From assembly GCA_963523045.1 (NCBI GenBank), contig CAURBE010000003.1, forward strand, positions 12,528 to 76,527: a DNA stretch of 64,000 nucleotides, written 5' to 3'. A program made the position numbers and the translations under genes. Positions within the stretch are counted from its first letter, which is position 1, and each line of letters starts with the position of its first letter. This stretch comes from an uncultured Candidatus Saccharibacteria bacterium (GTDB lineage: Bacteria > Patescibacteriota > Saccharimonadia > Saccharimonadales > Saccharimonadaceae). Positions 39,910 through 49,790 of this stretch are shown here, in pieces. Below the pieces are notes generated by a model. That model ran no database searches and was not told the DNA's origin. It saw only the letters and a program-made list of their open reading frames with translations.

Positions 39910-42456
39910 TTACAGCATACTCTGGAGTATTCTGAGCTGTTCTTTGGCAGCATCAGTTGCACGTGACGACAATCGTTCATTATTGAGAATCTCATCAATA
40001 TTATCCCTAATCGACTGACGTCTTGTAGCGCTAATAATACCACCAGATGGGCTATTAATAGCCTCCATGAGCAATTTAACACCGTCAGCGTCGGTAGAAG
40101 CCAAATCTTCCGCTTTATATTTACCACCCTCCAACCATTCAGCGCAGTATTTCGTGAGATCGCCGCGGTTATTGATAGCACCTCTGATAAGGTCGTCAAT
40201 AAGCTTACCGCCCATGAACGAAGCCTTATTTTTAACTCCAGAAGCTGCCAATGCTGCCGCCGCTGAGGAATTAAATTCTGGAGGTAATTCACTTAACAAT
40301 TGAGCCACTTCTGTTACAGTACCATACTTAATTTGTTCTTCAATCGCCGCCTCACGGACGTATATATTTTTACTATCAATAACAGTGCCGTCAGCCGTGG
40401 TGACACTTTTACCCAGAGCCAAGTCTTGTCGTTGTCCGGAACTTAATTTATGGTGTTTCATAATCTGATGAGCTTCCTCGATAGATTTAGAAGTTTCACC
40501 TCTAGTTGTAGAAATAGCGCTTGCCAATGCCGCCTCTTTGCCATATGGGCTAACATTGCCAGCAGCCTGATCCTGGAGGGTGTTGTTCGATAATAGGTCC
40601 TCTGCAAACTTCTTATTAAGCTGACGTTGAGCGTTACTCTTACGCAGCCCCTCTGCTGCTATACTGGTTTCTAGTTCGTTAAATGCATCCATAAGGTCAG
40701 AATTCTGCTGATGTTGTTTCATATCTCGCTTAATTGACCAGCCAGGAAGTACACCCCGCGAGATACGATCAGGTAAAGATCTCTTCGTGCTCATGTCGCT
40801 CGGCCAATACCCCTGAGCTGCCTCTGCGTAGCGGTTAGCCTCTTGTTCAGATAACAGTTCAGATCGTCGAGCTGTTTGTTTGGCTAACAAATCTTCTCGT
40901 TTGTGCTTTGCTGATTCTTTGTAAGAATTCTCAGCTGTTTTTTGTGACCTATCTAGGCGCTCCTTACGCAGTCTACTGGCGTGATTTACACGTCGGCGTA
41001 AGCGGTTCGGATCAAATCGCCACATCTTATCATTGGCCAGTTTATTGTTCTTGGTGATTTCGCGTCGCTCTTTTGCCCAGTTCTTAGTTCTGTCGTACAG
41101 ACCTTTATTTTTGTCGTTAACAAATCCAGCTACCCTATTTAATACGCCACCACTAAGTTTCAGAATTAGAGGAGTCAGCGCTAGTGGTGCTACCTGCACA
41201 ATCATGCCTAAAATATGCATCATTCCGCCATTTGCTCCAGTCGCACTCTGTATAATAATAGTACCGGCTAATTGCGCTCCACCAAACGCCACTGCAAATG
41301 CTGGAAAGAAAATCAGCATTGTTGTAAAGAGACCGCGCCATTTCTCAAACCATTTCTCTGTTCCTGGTAGTAAATAACAAACAAACGCCAGAGGAGAAAT
41401 AATAATCAAGATAATAATTAATGCCTGTCTTGCAGCCATAATTAAGAGTACTAAGAGTAATGTTAGCCCCAGGCCAACCAAAGCTAGCATTAGCATTGGT
41501 ACCAGCTCCGCTCTAAGTGTAAACGCAGTAGCCACCCCAGCAACCGCTCCAACGCCTAATAGTCCATCAGCCAACACCGAGCTAGTGACATCAGTCCAGT
41601 TTGTTGGCGAAGTATTCTCGCCCAGCGTGACTACGGTGTTCCTGATGCCCATAAATGCATCTTGTAGAGCATATCCAGCAATATTAGATAGGTCCAGTAA
41701 AATAGCACAAATAGTAAAAGATAAATTCACTAGTACCGCGGCAATAATCAAGCGTGGTAGTAGTTTTTTAATACCATAATTACTAATACCAATTGACGTC
41801 ATCTGAGAATAAATAATCACTAAGAACGCTACAATAAACGCCACGTTGCTAATGTTGCGCATAATTCCCCACGCCATATAAATGCCGCTGTTTTGGTTAG
41901 TTGTTTCTAGTGGCTGAGTTTTTAAGAACTCTTGAAGTGCACTATACATCCAGTCCATAGATCCCGCCAAGAAATTAGATACAGGACAAATTATCCACCC
42001 TAGACCCTGTACACTACAAGAACTTCCCGTTGAGTTATCAGACGGTGATTCAATCGAGACTGTTGAGGTACTGGTTTGAATATAGCCGTCTGGCGCCACG
42101 AATGAATAAACTGCGTACGTAGCCGAGCTTAATGAACTAACCTCGCTTGCGGGGAAATAAATTACCCGAACCTCTTTTTTGGCGTTATCTTCGTGTAAAA
42201 AAACAATTGACTTGTCTGGGACTTTTAACTGTTTGATTTTATTGTTATCAGTTAGTCTAGTATATTTTTCTTGATTATAAGTTAAGTCGCGGTCATCCCA
42301 TGTTACATCTGCTGCACGGGCAGAGTTTGGTTGTATAAAAGCGTTCATAAAAACGCTCACCAGCAAACCTGCTGTCAGCAACATAAACCACCGCAACCCT
42401 GTGTTAAGAAGTTGCCTACGCGAAATCAACCACTCCATTCGTGGATATAGTAGCAT
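39910..42456 (-). CDS. VirB6-like polytopic membrane protein with long C-terminal tail
   Basis: Multi-TM core W..MRNISN, LPRLIIAAVLVNLSF, ARQA, SPLAF..LLP.TE; true start may be ATG 42438. Confidence 0.75.
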   Translation of the reverse strand: MLLYPRMEWLISRRQLLNTGLRWFMLLTAGLLVSVFMNAFIQPNSARAADVTWDDRDLTYNQEKYTRLTDNNKIKQLKVPDKSIVFLHEDNAKKEVRVIYFPASEVSSLSSATYAVYSFVAPDGYIQTSTSTVSIESPSDNSTGSSCSVQGLGWIICPVSNFLAGSMDWMYSALQEFLKTQPLETTNQNSGIYMAWGIMRNISNVAFIVAFLVIIYSQMTSIGISNYGIKKLLPRLIIAAVLVNLSFTICAILLDLSNIAGYALQDAFMGIRNTVVTLGENTSPTNWTDVTSSVLADGLLGVGAVAGVATAFTLRAELVPMLMLALVGLGLTLLLVLLIMAARQALIIILIIISPLAFVCYLLPGTEKWFEKWRGLFTTMLIFFPAFAVAFGGAQLAGTIIIQSATGANGGMMHILGMIVQVAPLALTPLILKLSGGVLNRVAGFVNDKNKGLYDRTKNWAKERREITKNNKLANDKMWRFDPNRLRRRVNHASRLRKERLDRSQKTAENSYKESAKHKREDLLAKQTARRSELLSEQEANRYAEAAQGYWPSDMSTKRSLPDRISRGVLPGWSIKRDMKQHQQNSDLMDAFNELETSIAAEGLRKSNAQRQLNKKFAEDLLSNNTLQDQAAGNVSPYGKEAALASAISTTRGETSKSIEEAHQIMKHHKLSSGQRQDLALGKSVTTADGTVIDSKNIYVREAAIEEQIKYGTVTEVAQLLSELPPEFNSSAAAALAASGVKNKASFMGGKLIDDLIRGAINNRGDLTKYCAEWLEGGKYKAEDLASTDADGVKLLMEAINSPSGGIISATRRQSIRDNIDEILNNERLSSRATDAAKEQLRILQSML

Positions 42457-42500
42457 TTTTAGGTGAAAAAGTCAAGAGAAGATACTTAGACTAAGGACTA

Positions 42501-45140
42501 TTACGGTCTATTCTGTCTTTTCGTCTGTTCCTCTACTGCTTTTCTAATATCATCTTGAGAATGGGCGATAAATAGTCCAGAACCTTCGTTATTAGCAGGA
42601 GGAGTATTCTCTGTTCGGCTATTTTTATTCTCCTGGCTAGTTTTAAGCGTATCTGCTATTGATTGTAAAGCTTCTTCTGTTGATTTACTCATAGTAGAGC
42701 GAAGCCTTTCATTATCCAGAATTCTGGACGCTTGTTCAGGACTGAGTTTACTACTATTTATAGCGTTAGCACTTTGTTTAGCGATAGCCTCTCCTGATAG
42801 CTTACCCACGCCTGAAGCTGCAAATTCGCTAAGCTTGCCCGGAGAGAATCCAACTTCCGATGGTCCATTTTTTGCCTGCATTTGCCTAAGAGCTTCGGTC
42901 CCGGCTTCACTAACACCTGCATGAGCCCCTTTCATAGTAGTTAGGGCATCGGCCATTCCAATACTGGTAATTTTTCCTCCACCCTCCAAATATTGAGCCA
43001 TCTGTGTTGCACCCCATTCACCCTTTTTAGCAAGTTCTTCTGCAGCAATTTTTTGAACATGCTTATTCTTACTTTTTAGGGCAGCTACAGCGTCGCCGTT
43101 ATGTTCATATATGAATGATCGCTGAGCCTCTTCTCTGGCGAATTTATCAGAAGCCTCCTGTGCGGCATTTACTCCTTCTGACAGACCGAAGAATCTACCA
43201 GCTGCACTACTATCAAAAGCTCTTCTAGGATTCAATGCAATCCCGACCCCTCTTGTAAGCCTACTGTCACTTCCCCTGAGACTATCAGCCTTCCTTCCCA
43301 GCCAAGTATTGCCAGATCTTCTGTCTGCCTGCTTCCTAGCTGAACGCATATTCCATCTATTTCTTAAATCTCCGATTCTAGATTTACTAAGAGCCATTCC
43401 CCTCAGTCGTTTATTCGCTAATCCACTCAATCCACTAATTTTTCCTCCGATACTTCCTAGTGAGTTTAGTGAACCTTTCAAGACAAATGGGGTGGTTCCT
43501 AGTGGTATTATAGACGCTCCTAATGCTGCTATCTGCATAGTCTCTTTTGGGTTATCTGGCATGTCTGTAGCTGAAGCGGCTAATATAGCTGCTGCTAGCT
43601 TACCAGCTCCGTACAAAAGAGAAATTACAGGAAATACTATCAATAATCCTCTGAATATTGATACCCATTTCTTAAATAAATTTTCAGTATTTGGTAAGAG
43701 CCACGTTGCAAATGCTACAGGAGAGATTGCTATTAACAATATAATAGCGGCCTGTCTAGCTATTAATATTATCATAACAACCAACAGGGATAAAAGTAGT
43801 GCCAATAAAGTGGGTATACTTACGGCAAGAAATGCAAACAACGCCAATCCTGTTGCAACTAACGCCGTAGCTAAAATAGAACTAAATGTTCCGTTTGCTG
43901 CTGATTGAGTATCAATTCCTGCTGCCGCCCCCTCGAGGATACCCTTCAAAGAGACTCCTAATATATTAGATAAATCAACTGCCAGCTGGCATATATAAAA
44001 AGATAAATTAACAAGGAGAGCCCCTATTATTAGTCTTGGTAGGATTTTCTTAATTCCATAATTGCTTATACCAATACTACTTACCTGGGAGAAAATTACT
44101 GATAAAAACACTATAGCGAATATTGCATTTGCAATATCACGAAAAAAATCCCAGGCTTGCTTTAGACCCCCAGAGGTCGAATCATTTTTAAAAATACCGG
44201 GATCTATAGATAAAAACTGTGATATTGCAGCATATGTAGCATCTCCAATATTGCCCATAAAAGTTATAATAGGACACAGAAGCCAACCGATTCCATCAAT
44301 GCCGCAGGAATTTTTTTCCTCATCTTTACTATCATCTGACTTGTTAAGCGCATCCTCGGCTGCTTGTGCGGCTGAGTCTACTTCTTTTTTTACGTCATTC
44401 CACGCTATAGAATTCATGTTTTGTACAATTTGAGTTCTATCTAGTCCAGACCTTCCACTAATACAGTCAGTAAAATATCTGTCTTTAGCGTTTGCACTTG
44501 TATCTCCATTTGTGCGAGAAGACACTGATTCTTCAGCGGAGACTATGCATGTCCCTATCAAATTTTTTGCAAGTCTATTCCTTGCATTTTGGTCGCAATT
44601 AATACTATCGCCTACAGTCGCACATCCCGCTTCGAGTTTTTCATTATCTGAGAGTCCTTTATACCAAGGACTCTCAGTGATGTTTGGCGTGAGCAGATTT
44701 TCCAAGTTAGACATGTTAGCTTTATTTCCAGCGGCTTCAATCGAGGCTTTTTTTCTGGCATTTTTAATTTGCTCCTCTTTTGACAGCTCTACACACCGTC
44801 CTTGCTGATATGGACCTTCTCCGGACGTAGAACCTTGAACTTGTCGCATAGTGGCTTTATATCCACTGTCACAGTTAAGCTTATCATAGCTAACTCTGTG
44901 ATTGTCTTTACTGCTGTGACACCACCACCATCCTTCATTTCCTTCTCCTTGTGGTGTTTTTTCATATTTTCTGTTTCCATTACCATATTCGGGATTACAT
45001 ACGACGACACCTCCCTTAATAGATTGAGAATTCACATCATCTGCATGTGCAATTGATATTGGCTGTAAAAGTACAAAAATTAGTGAGATGGCTATAGTAA
45101 ATAATGACAATCGCATGGGTCTATCATAAAAATACCGCAT
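42501..45140 (-). CDS. Second VirB6-like membrane protein with Cys-rich exported N-terminal domain
   Basis: Same core (GWLLCP, W..FRDIAN, LPRLIIGALLVNLSF, SPVAF..LLPNTE); unrelated N- and C-terminal extensions. Confidence 0.75.
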   Translation of the reverse strand: MRYFYDRPMRLSLFTIAISLIFVLLQPISIAHADDVNSQSIKGGVVVCNPEYGNGNRKYEKTPQGEGNEGWWWCHSSKDNHRVSYDKLNCDSGYKATMRQVQGSTSGEGPYQQGRCVELSKEEQIKNARKKASIEAAGNKANMSNLENLLTPNITESPWYKGLSDNEKLEAGCATVGDSINCDQNARNRLAKNLIGTCIVSAEESVSSRTNGDTSANAKDRYFTDCISGRSGLDRTQIVQNMNSIAWNDVKKEVDSAAQAAEDALNKSDDSKDEEKNSCGIDGIGWLLCPIITFMGNIGDATYAAISQFLSIDPGIFKNDSTSGGLKQAWDFFRDIANAIFAIVFLSVIFSQVSSIGISNYGIKKILPRLIIGALLVNLSFYICQLAVDLSNILGVSLKGILEGAAAGIDTQSAANGTFSSILATALVATGLALFAFLAVSIPTLLALLLSLLVVMIILIARQAAIILLIAISPVAFATWLLPNTENLFKKWVSIFRGLLIVFPVISLLYGAGKLAAAILAASATDMPDNPKETMQIAALGASIIPLGTTPFVLKGSLNSLGSIGGKISGLSGLANKRLRGMALSKSRIGDLRNRWNMRSARKQADRRSGNTWLGRKADSLRGSDSRLTRGVGIALNPRRAFDSSAAGRFFGLSEGVNAAQEASDKFAREEAQRSFIYEHNGDAVAALKSKNKHVQKIAAEELAKKGEWGATQMAQYLEGGGKITSIGMADALTTMKGAHAGVSEAGTEALRQMQAKNGPSEVGFSPGKLSEFAASGVGKLSGEAIAKQSANAINSSKLSPEQASRILDNERLRSTMSKSTEEALQSIADTLKTSQENKNSRTENTPPANNEGSGLFIAHSQDDIRKAVEEQTKRQNRP

Positions 45141-45187
45141 ATGCTTGCATTATAGCACATGCGGTATAGCTATAGTAAATAGATGAC

Positions 45188-46129
45188 CTAAAGCGATCCT
45201 ATATTAACTTCTCTTCCGGGATCTAGCTCTCTTGATCCGATACCATACGTGATTTCGTTAACCTCTATTTTGTGCAGGATATTTGACGTGTTGACTTCTA
45301 CGTACATAGTCGTAGGACTAGCGGAAAAACCTCCCTTACTTGATGGTATATATTTTTCTTCCCCGCCCGCAACAAGTCTAACAACTGAATCTCTTCCTCC
45401 GTTAGCATTAGTAACCACGACAAAATTGCGACTCACGTCAAGAATCTTAGTGTAATCATATAAAAGAGATCGTGCTTCCGTACTGCACACTTCCTTCTTG
45501 CACGTAGGAGATGTGGGGTTTGATTGCGCCCAATTTCTCCTTATTACATCCAGGAACTTGTCCAATTCTTCAGTCTTTTCTGGATTGAACATAGCTTTGG
45601 CGAGGTTCATTGCTCTTGTATAGTTCGCTTCATCGGAATGGTCGACGCTGAGCATTTGAATTAGTCGTATAATTCTTGTAGCGCTCCACGCCGTTTTCTT
45701 TGTTACAGGATCAGAGGCGGGTGCTTCTCCATTGTCATAATTGTTTTCGATAAACTGATCTAAGATTTTTACCAAATCATCCCTGGAGGCATTCTTGTCA
45801 TCCAACACATTCACGTCGATGTTCTCATAGTTCCAGTCTTTTAAGGGTTTCATCATTTCTTCAACATCAGTTTTTTCAATATCAGTTTTTGTCGGATTTG
45901 GATGCGGCGGTTCAGTTGCATCTGTAGGATAATAATCTGCCGGTGACGGAGGAGTTGCTGTAGTGACGTCCTTATTCGGGCCATGACCTTCTGTGCCACA
46001 TCCAGCAACACCTATAGTGACGATAGCTAGTGCACCCATTCCACGCATAAGCTTTTCAGGAAGCTTTCTAAAAAACTCTCCAGTTGTATGCTTTACTGCT
46101 TTAAGAATACCGCTCTTATGTTCTACCAT
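45188..46129 (-). CDS. Hypothetical lipoprotein-like protein
   Basis: Hydrophobic stretch ending VAGC (lipobox-like), then Pro/Thr-rich linker. Confidence 0.65.
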   Translation of the reverse strand: MVEHKSGILKAVKHTTGEFFRKLPEKLMRGMGALAIVTIGVAGCGTEGHGPNKDVTTATPPSPADYYPTDATEPPHPNPTKTDIEKTDVEEMMKPLKDWNYENIDVNVLDDKNASRDDLVKILDQFIENNYDNGEAPASDPVTKKTAWSATRIIRLIQMLSVDHSDEANYTRAMNLAKAMFNPEKTEELDKFLDVIRRNWAQSNPTSPTCKKEVCSTEARSLLYDYTKILDVSRNFVVVTNANGGRDSVVRLVAGGEEKYIPSSKGGFSASPTTMYVEVNTSNILHKIEVNEITYGIGSRELDPGREVNIGSL

Positions 46130-46422
46130 AATGTTCGGAACCCTTCCTCTGACATTGTCAGGTATATTTTATAAAACTCCTTAGACCTCTGGTCCAATTG
46201 CCGATATCATAACATAAAAAGTAGAAAAATGCAACAATTAGAACATATTTTCTGTAAATAATCCAGTTTGTGATGGAGTAAACGGCGCAAAGTATTCTTG
46301 TTAGGTGCTGATTTGCTGGAGTAGCTAAATACTTTATGATTTACCGGTTTTGACCTAGTGAAGCGCCTGTTTTGGTCAACTCTCGTCTGTAGATGTTTAT
46401 TATATAACGGAACGGGTGTAAA

Positions 46423-47559
46423 TTAACTAAATATATCAAGATAATCTTTGTATACCCATTTTTGCCCGTAGGCAACATCTCTGTTATGTAATGGATATAA
46501 AATATTTTCATCTACCATTCTCTGGATTATTGTATAGGATCCTGGCTTGGTTGTATTGGTCCAGCTTGCAATTTCCGCAATCCCGACTATAGGCATTGTA
46601 TAAAGATTAGTCAGTACTGACATTGTTGAAGCCGAGGCTCGTTTGCTCATTTTGTGTATTTTTAATAAATCTCTATCTCTTAATTTTATGATCTTTTCAC
46701 AAGATTCAATAGAAGATTCGGCGACTTCAATCAGTCCGTCTAGGAAGAATAACAACCACTCCTCAATGTCACCTTCGTGGTAGTTATTGATTTTATCGTA
46801 ATAAAGACTTTGGTGTTTTCTGAAATAGGCAGACAAATATAATACTGGAATATCAAGAGTCTTTTTGAAAAGCAAAAACATTGTAATAAGCATTCTTCCA
46901 GTACGTCCATTACCATCGTTAAAAGGATGGATTGTTTCAAATTGTGCGTGAATTAGGCCTGCCTTTATCAACGGTAGAAAATCATCATCGGCATGAATGA
47001 AATTTTCTAAATCTCCGAGCGCTCTTTTCATCTCATGAACTGGTGGTGGTACAAATCTGGCGTTGTCTGGCTTGGTTCCTCCAATCCAGTTTTGTGAACG
47101 ACGAAATTCACCAGGATAGGGATTTTGCGTAAAGCGTGCGCCAGCCATTAGCTTGCTGTGTAGTTCTCTTATGAAACGCAGAGAAAATGGCATTGTTTTT
47201 GATTGTTCTATACCAAAGTTTAAAGCCTTTATATAATGTAGTATGTCATCTACGTCGTCTGGTAGGACACGGGCTTTTTCTATATTTTCGTACTCAATAG
47301 ACTCTTCCATGGTAGCATTTGTGCCTTCTATGGCACTAGAGCTAGAAGCGTCTTTCCGAATAAACATTGTTAGGAAGAGGTCTTTGTCTGGTAGAAATCG
47401 AGTGATTCCATCTAGGACCCCTAATAGGTGAAGCGCTTCATTGTGTTTCGATATCAGTTCTCTAGACGGATGGAAGTCTTCTGCTGGCGGGAAATCAGCT
47501 GGAATAAAGGCTTTGAATCCTTGAGGTTGCTGTATATATCTTCCAATAATATTACTCAT
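46423..47559 (-). CDS. Fic family protein with N-terminal inhibitory motif
   Basis: HPFNDGNGRTGR catalytic motif; SSAIEG upstream. Confidence 0.93.
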   Translation of the reverse strand: MSNIIGRYIQQPQGFKAFIPADFPPAEDFHPSRELISKHNEALHLLGVLDGITRFLPDKDLFLTMFIRKDASSSSAIEGTNATMEESIEYENIEKARVLPDDVDDILHYIKALNFGIEQSKTMPFSLRFIRELHSKLMAGARFTQNPYPGEFRRSQNWIGGTKPDNARFVPPPVHEMKRALGDLENFIHADDDFLPLIKAGLIHAQFETIHPFNDGNGRTGRMLITMFLLFKKTLDIPVLYLSAYFRKHQSLYYDKINNYHEGDIEEWLLFFLDGLIEVAESSIESCEKIIKLRDRDLLKIHKMSKRASASTMSVLTNLYTMPIVGIAEIASWTNTTKPGSYTIIQRMVDENILYPLHNRDVAYGQKWVYKDYLDIFS

Positions 47560-47582
47560 TATGCGCTAAATTATAGAAAAAA

Positions 47583-47658
47583 TACTTTAATTTGACAAGA
47601 TGAAATTAAAGTAAAATCGATTTTACTTTAATTTGACAAGATGAAATTAAAGTAAAAT
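47583..47658. repeat. Two 35-bp direct repeats, each an inverted repeat, joined by a 32-bp perfect palindrome
   Basis: tactttaatttgacaagatgaaattaaagtaaaat at 47583-47617 and 47624-47658; palindrome 47603-47634. Confidence 0.93.
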
Positions 47659-47668
47659 ACAATCCCAT

Positions 47669-47689
47669 AAAAAAACACCCAAATGGGTG
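47669..47689 (-). terminator. Probable terminator after tRNA-Asp
   Basis: Minus strand caccc-attt-gggtg followed by a T run. Confidence 0.6.
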
Positions 47690-47694
47690 AATCG

Positions 47695-47772
47695 TGGCGC
47701 GCTCGACCGGATTCGAACCGGCGATCTCCTCCGTGACAGGGAGGCGTGATAGGCCAACTTCACTACGAGCGC
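47695..47772 (-). tRNA. tRNA-Asp(GTC)
   Basis: Cloverleaf, anticodon arm CCTCC-CTGTCAC-GGAGG, TTCGAAT loop, encoded CCA. Confidence 0.97.
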
Positions 47773-47875
47773 ATAGTACAGCTCCTATACTACCAGATTA
47801 TCTATGCCTTTTCAAGGAAAATATTTGCTTTTTTCGCTTGACTATTTTACAATTTCTGTATAAGAGAAATTTTAT

Positions 47876-48247
47876 ATGGCAAAAAGAAATATTATAGTTA
47901 GCGTATTTATAACGACAGTAGTCATAACAGGAATTATGGTGGCTCAGCCTGCTTTAGCGGCAAGTTGTGCTGGTGCAGATACGTCGGTTATCTCTTGCGA
48001 TGGCGAAGGGAGCACGGCCCTGATTAATATCGTAAAGCAAGTTATTCAAATTTTGACAGCTGGTGTTGGTGTTGCAGCGGTTGGAGCAGTTATTTTTGGC
48101 GCAGTTCTCTACACCACCTCTGAAGGAAGTCCGGATAAAGTTAAGAAAGCGCGGGAAATCTGGACAAATACGGTTATTGGACTACTGATGTTTGCTTTTA
48201 TGGTGGCAATTACTAACTTTATTATTCCAGGAGGAGTCTTTAACTAA
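47876..48247 (+). CDS. VirB2-like T4SS pilin 1
   Basis: Signal-like N-terminus, two TMs flanking TTSEGSPDKVKKA...IGL. Confidence 0.8.
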   Translation: MAKRNIIVSVFITTVVITGIMVAQPALAASCAGADTSVISCDGEGSTALINIVKQVIQILTAGVGVAAVGAVIFGAVLYTTSEGSPDKVKKAREIWTNTVIGLLMFAFMVAITNFIIPGGVFN

Positions 48248-48663
48248 TGAAAAACATTATAATAGCAATTTTCTTGGTTGTGGTTGGCTCTGTTGGTGCT
48301 AATGTTACATTTTCTCATAACTCTCTTGCCTGTCCTGATGGTAAGATTTTGACGTTAAAGCCGTGGTATGACGGCCTGTTAGAAAGTGACTGTACCGTCA
48401 GAAGTCCCGGTAATGACACAACTTCTCAGGCTAATTTCATCTGGAAGATTGCCCTTAATATTGTGGAAGATTTACTACAGGTCGTTGGATATGCAACTAC
48501 TGGCTATATCATGTATGGAGGTTTCATGATGATGACCAGCAATGGCTCCCCCGATAGGGCGGCTCATGGTCGAAAAACTATCATGAACGCAGCAATTGGT
48601 CTGGTTGTTGCGTTGTCGTCTGTGGCGGTTGTTAGCTTTATTTCATCAAGGATAGGAATATAG
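48247..48663 (+). CDS. VirB2-like T4SS pilin 2
   Basis: TSNGSPDRAAHGRKTIMNAAIGL core. Confidence 0.8.
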   Translation: MKNIIIAIFLVVVGSVGANVTFSHNSLACPDGKILTLKPWYDGLLESDCTVRSPGNDTTSQANFIWKIALNIVEDLLQVVGYATTGYIMYGGFMMMTSNGSPDRAAHGRKTIMNAAIGLVVALSSVAVVSFISSRIGI

Positions 48664-48664
48664 T

Positions 48665-48946
48665 ATGAAATATATAGAGTTTTTTGCCGGTTTGTTGGGT
48701 AGCGCTGGTGAAGTCGGTGTACCAGATAATCAGGTTAACATTATGAGTATTATCAATTTAGCACTGTGGGCGGCCGGTGTTATCGCGGTGATTATTGTGA
48801 TTATTGCTGGGATAAATTATTCCCTATCATCCGGCGATCCAACAAAAACCGCCAACGCTAAGAATGCTATTTTATACGCTGTTATTGGCCTGGTGATTAT
48901 TTCCAGTGCAATTGCTATAACAAGTTACATTATAGGAAGGGTTTAA
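48665..48946 (+). CDS. VirB2-like T4SS pilin 3
   Basis: SSGDPTKTANAKNAILYAVIGL core. Confidence 0.82.
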   Translation: MKYIEFFAGLLGSAGEVGVPDNQVNIMSIINLALWAAGVIAVIIVIIAGINYSLSSGDPTKTANAKNAILYAVIGLVIISSAIAITSYIIGRV

Positions 48947-48947
48947 G

Positions 48948-49328
48948 ATGAAAATTGTCACGAAAATTCTGATTGTTGGAATGTTACTGGTTGGGTTATT
49001 TGGCGTCCTTTCTCCTGTTGCTTCAGCCAACAGCGGTATTGATATTTGCTCGGGAGATGGCGCAGGTTCTATTTACTGCGAGAATCGGTCTGATGGTGAA
49101 ACAAAAGTTAACAGTATTGTTGGTAATGTTGTCAATGTTCTCTTAATGGCGGTTGGTGTTATATCTATTATTATGATTGTTGTTGGCGGTATTTTGTTCG
49201 CTCTTTCTAGCGGCGATGCTCAAAAAGCCGCAAAAGCCAGGAATACCGTGTTATATGCGGTAATTGGTTTAGTAGTTTCATTGTTTGCGGCAGCAATTGT
49301 TAATTTCGTATTTAATAGGTTTAATTAG
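48948..49328 (+). CDS. VirB2-like T4SS pilin 4
   Basis: SSGDAQKAAKARNTVLYAVIGL core. Confidence 0.82.
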   Translation: MKIVTKILIVGMLLVGLFGVLSPVASANSGIDICSGDGAGSIYCENRSDGETKVNSIVGNVVNVLLMAVGVISIIMIVVGGILFALSSGDAQKAAKARNTVLYAVIGLVVSLFAAAIVNFVFNRFN

Positions 49329-49336
49329 GAGGAAAT

Positions 49337-49726
49337 ATGAAAAAAACAGTAGTGTCAATAGCAATTGTGATATGCGCAGCCTTTGGGTTGGCAACTTTGT
49401 CGACAGTTTCCTTATCTAGCAATGTTTCTGCTCAGGTGTCAGATGGGATTGGCGCTGCCACTACTTCGGAAATGGAAGGCAGAAAGATTGATGGCGATAG
49501 CGGCTTAGTAAAATCAGTCGTCAATATACTCCTATGGGTTATTGGTATTTTGTCGATTATCATGATTATTTTTAGTGGCATTCGCTATGTGACTTCGTCC
49601 GGTGATGCTTCAAAGACTAAAGCCGCTCAGAACACGCTCATTTACTCAGTAGTTGGACTAATTGTTGCAATCATGGCATGGGCGATCGTTGACTTGGTTG
49701 TGAATAAGTTTGCGTCGGGCTCATAA
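49337..49726 (+). CDS. VirB2-like T4SS pilin 5
   Basis: GIRYVTSSGDASKTKAAQNTLIYSVVGL core; AGGAGG RBS. Confidence 0.82.
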   Translation: MKKTVVSIAIVICAAFGLATLSTVSLSSNVSAQVSDGIGAATTSEMEGRKIDGDSGLVKSVVNILLWVIGILSIIMIIFSGIRYVTSSGDASKTKAAQNTLIYSVVGLIVAIMAWAIVDLVVNKFASGS

Positions 49727-49790
49727 AGAGTTTTGCAAACAACAGATAAAAATGTATAATAATAACATCATTAAAGAAGGAGAATAAAAC

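Noticed and set aside
46130..46422. Pseudogene or ncRNA between the lipoprotein and fic
   Set aside because: Only short imperfect inverted repeats; no recognisable coding remnant or RNA family
47583..47658. Possible mini CRISPR array (35-bp palindromic repeats)
   Set aside because: Only two copies separated by 6 bp and no cas genes in the window
30297..47772. Integrative conjugative element at tRNA-Asp
   Set aside because: No integrase, relaxase or coupling protein, and no duplicated tRNA 3' end found
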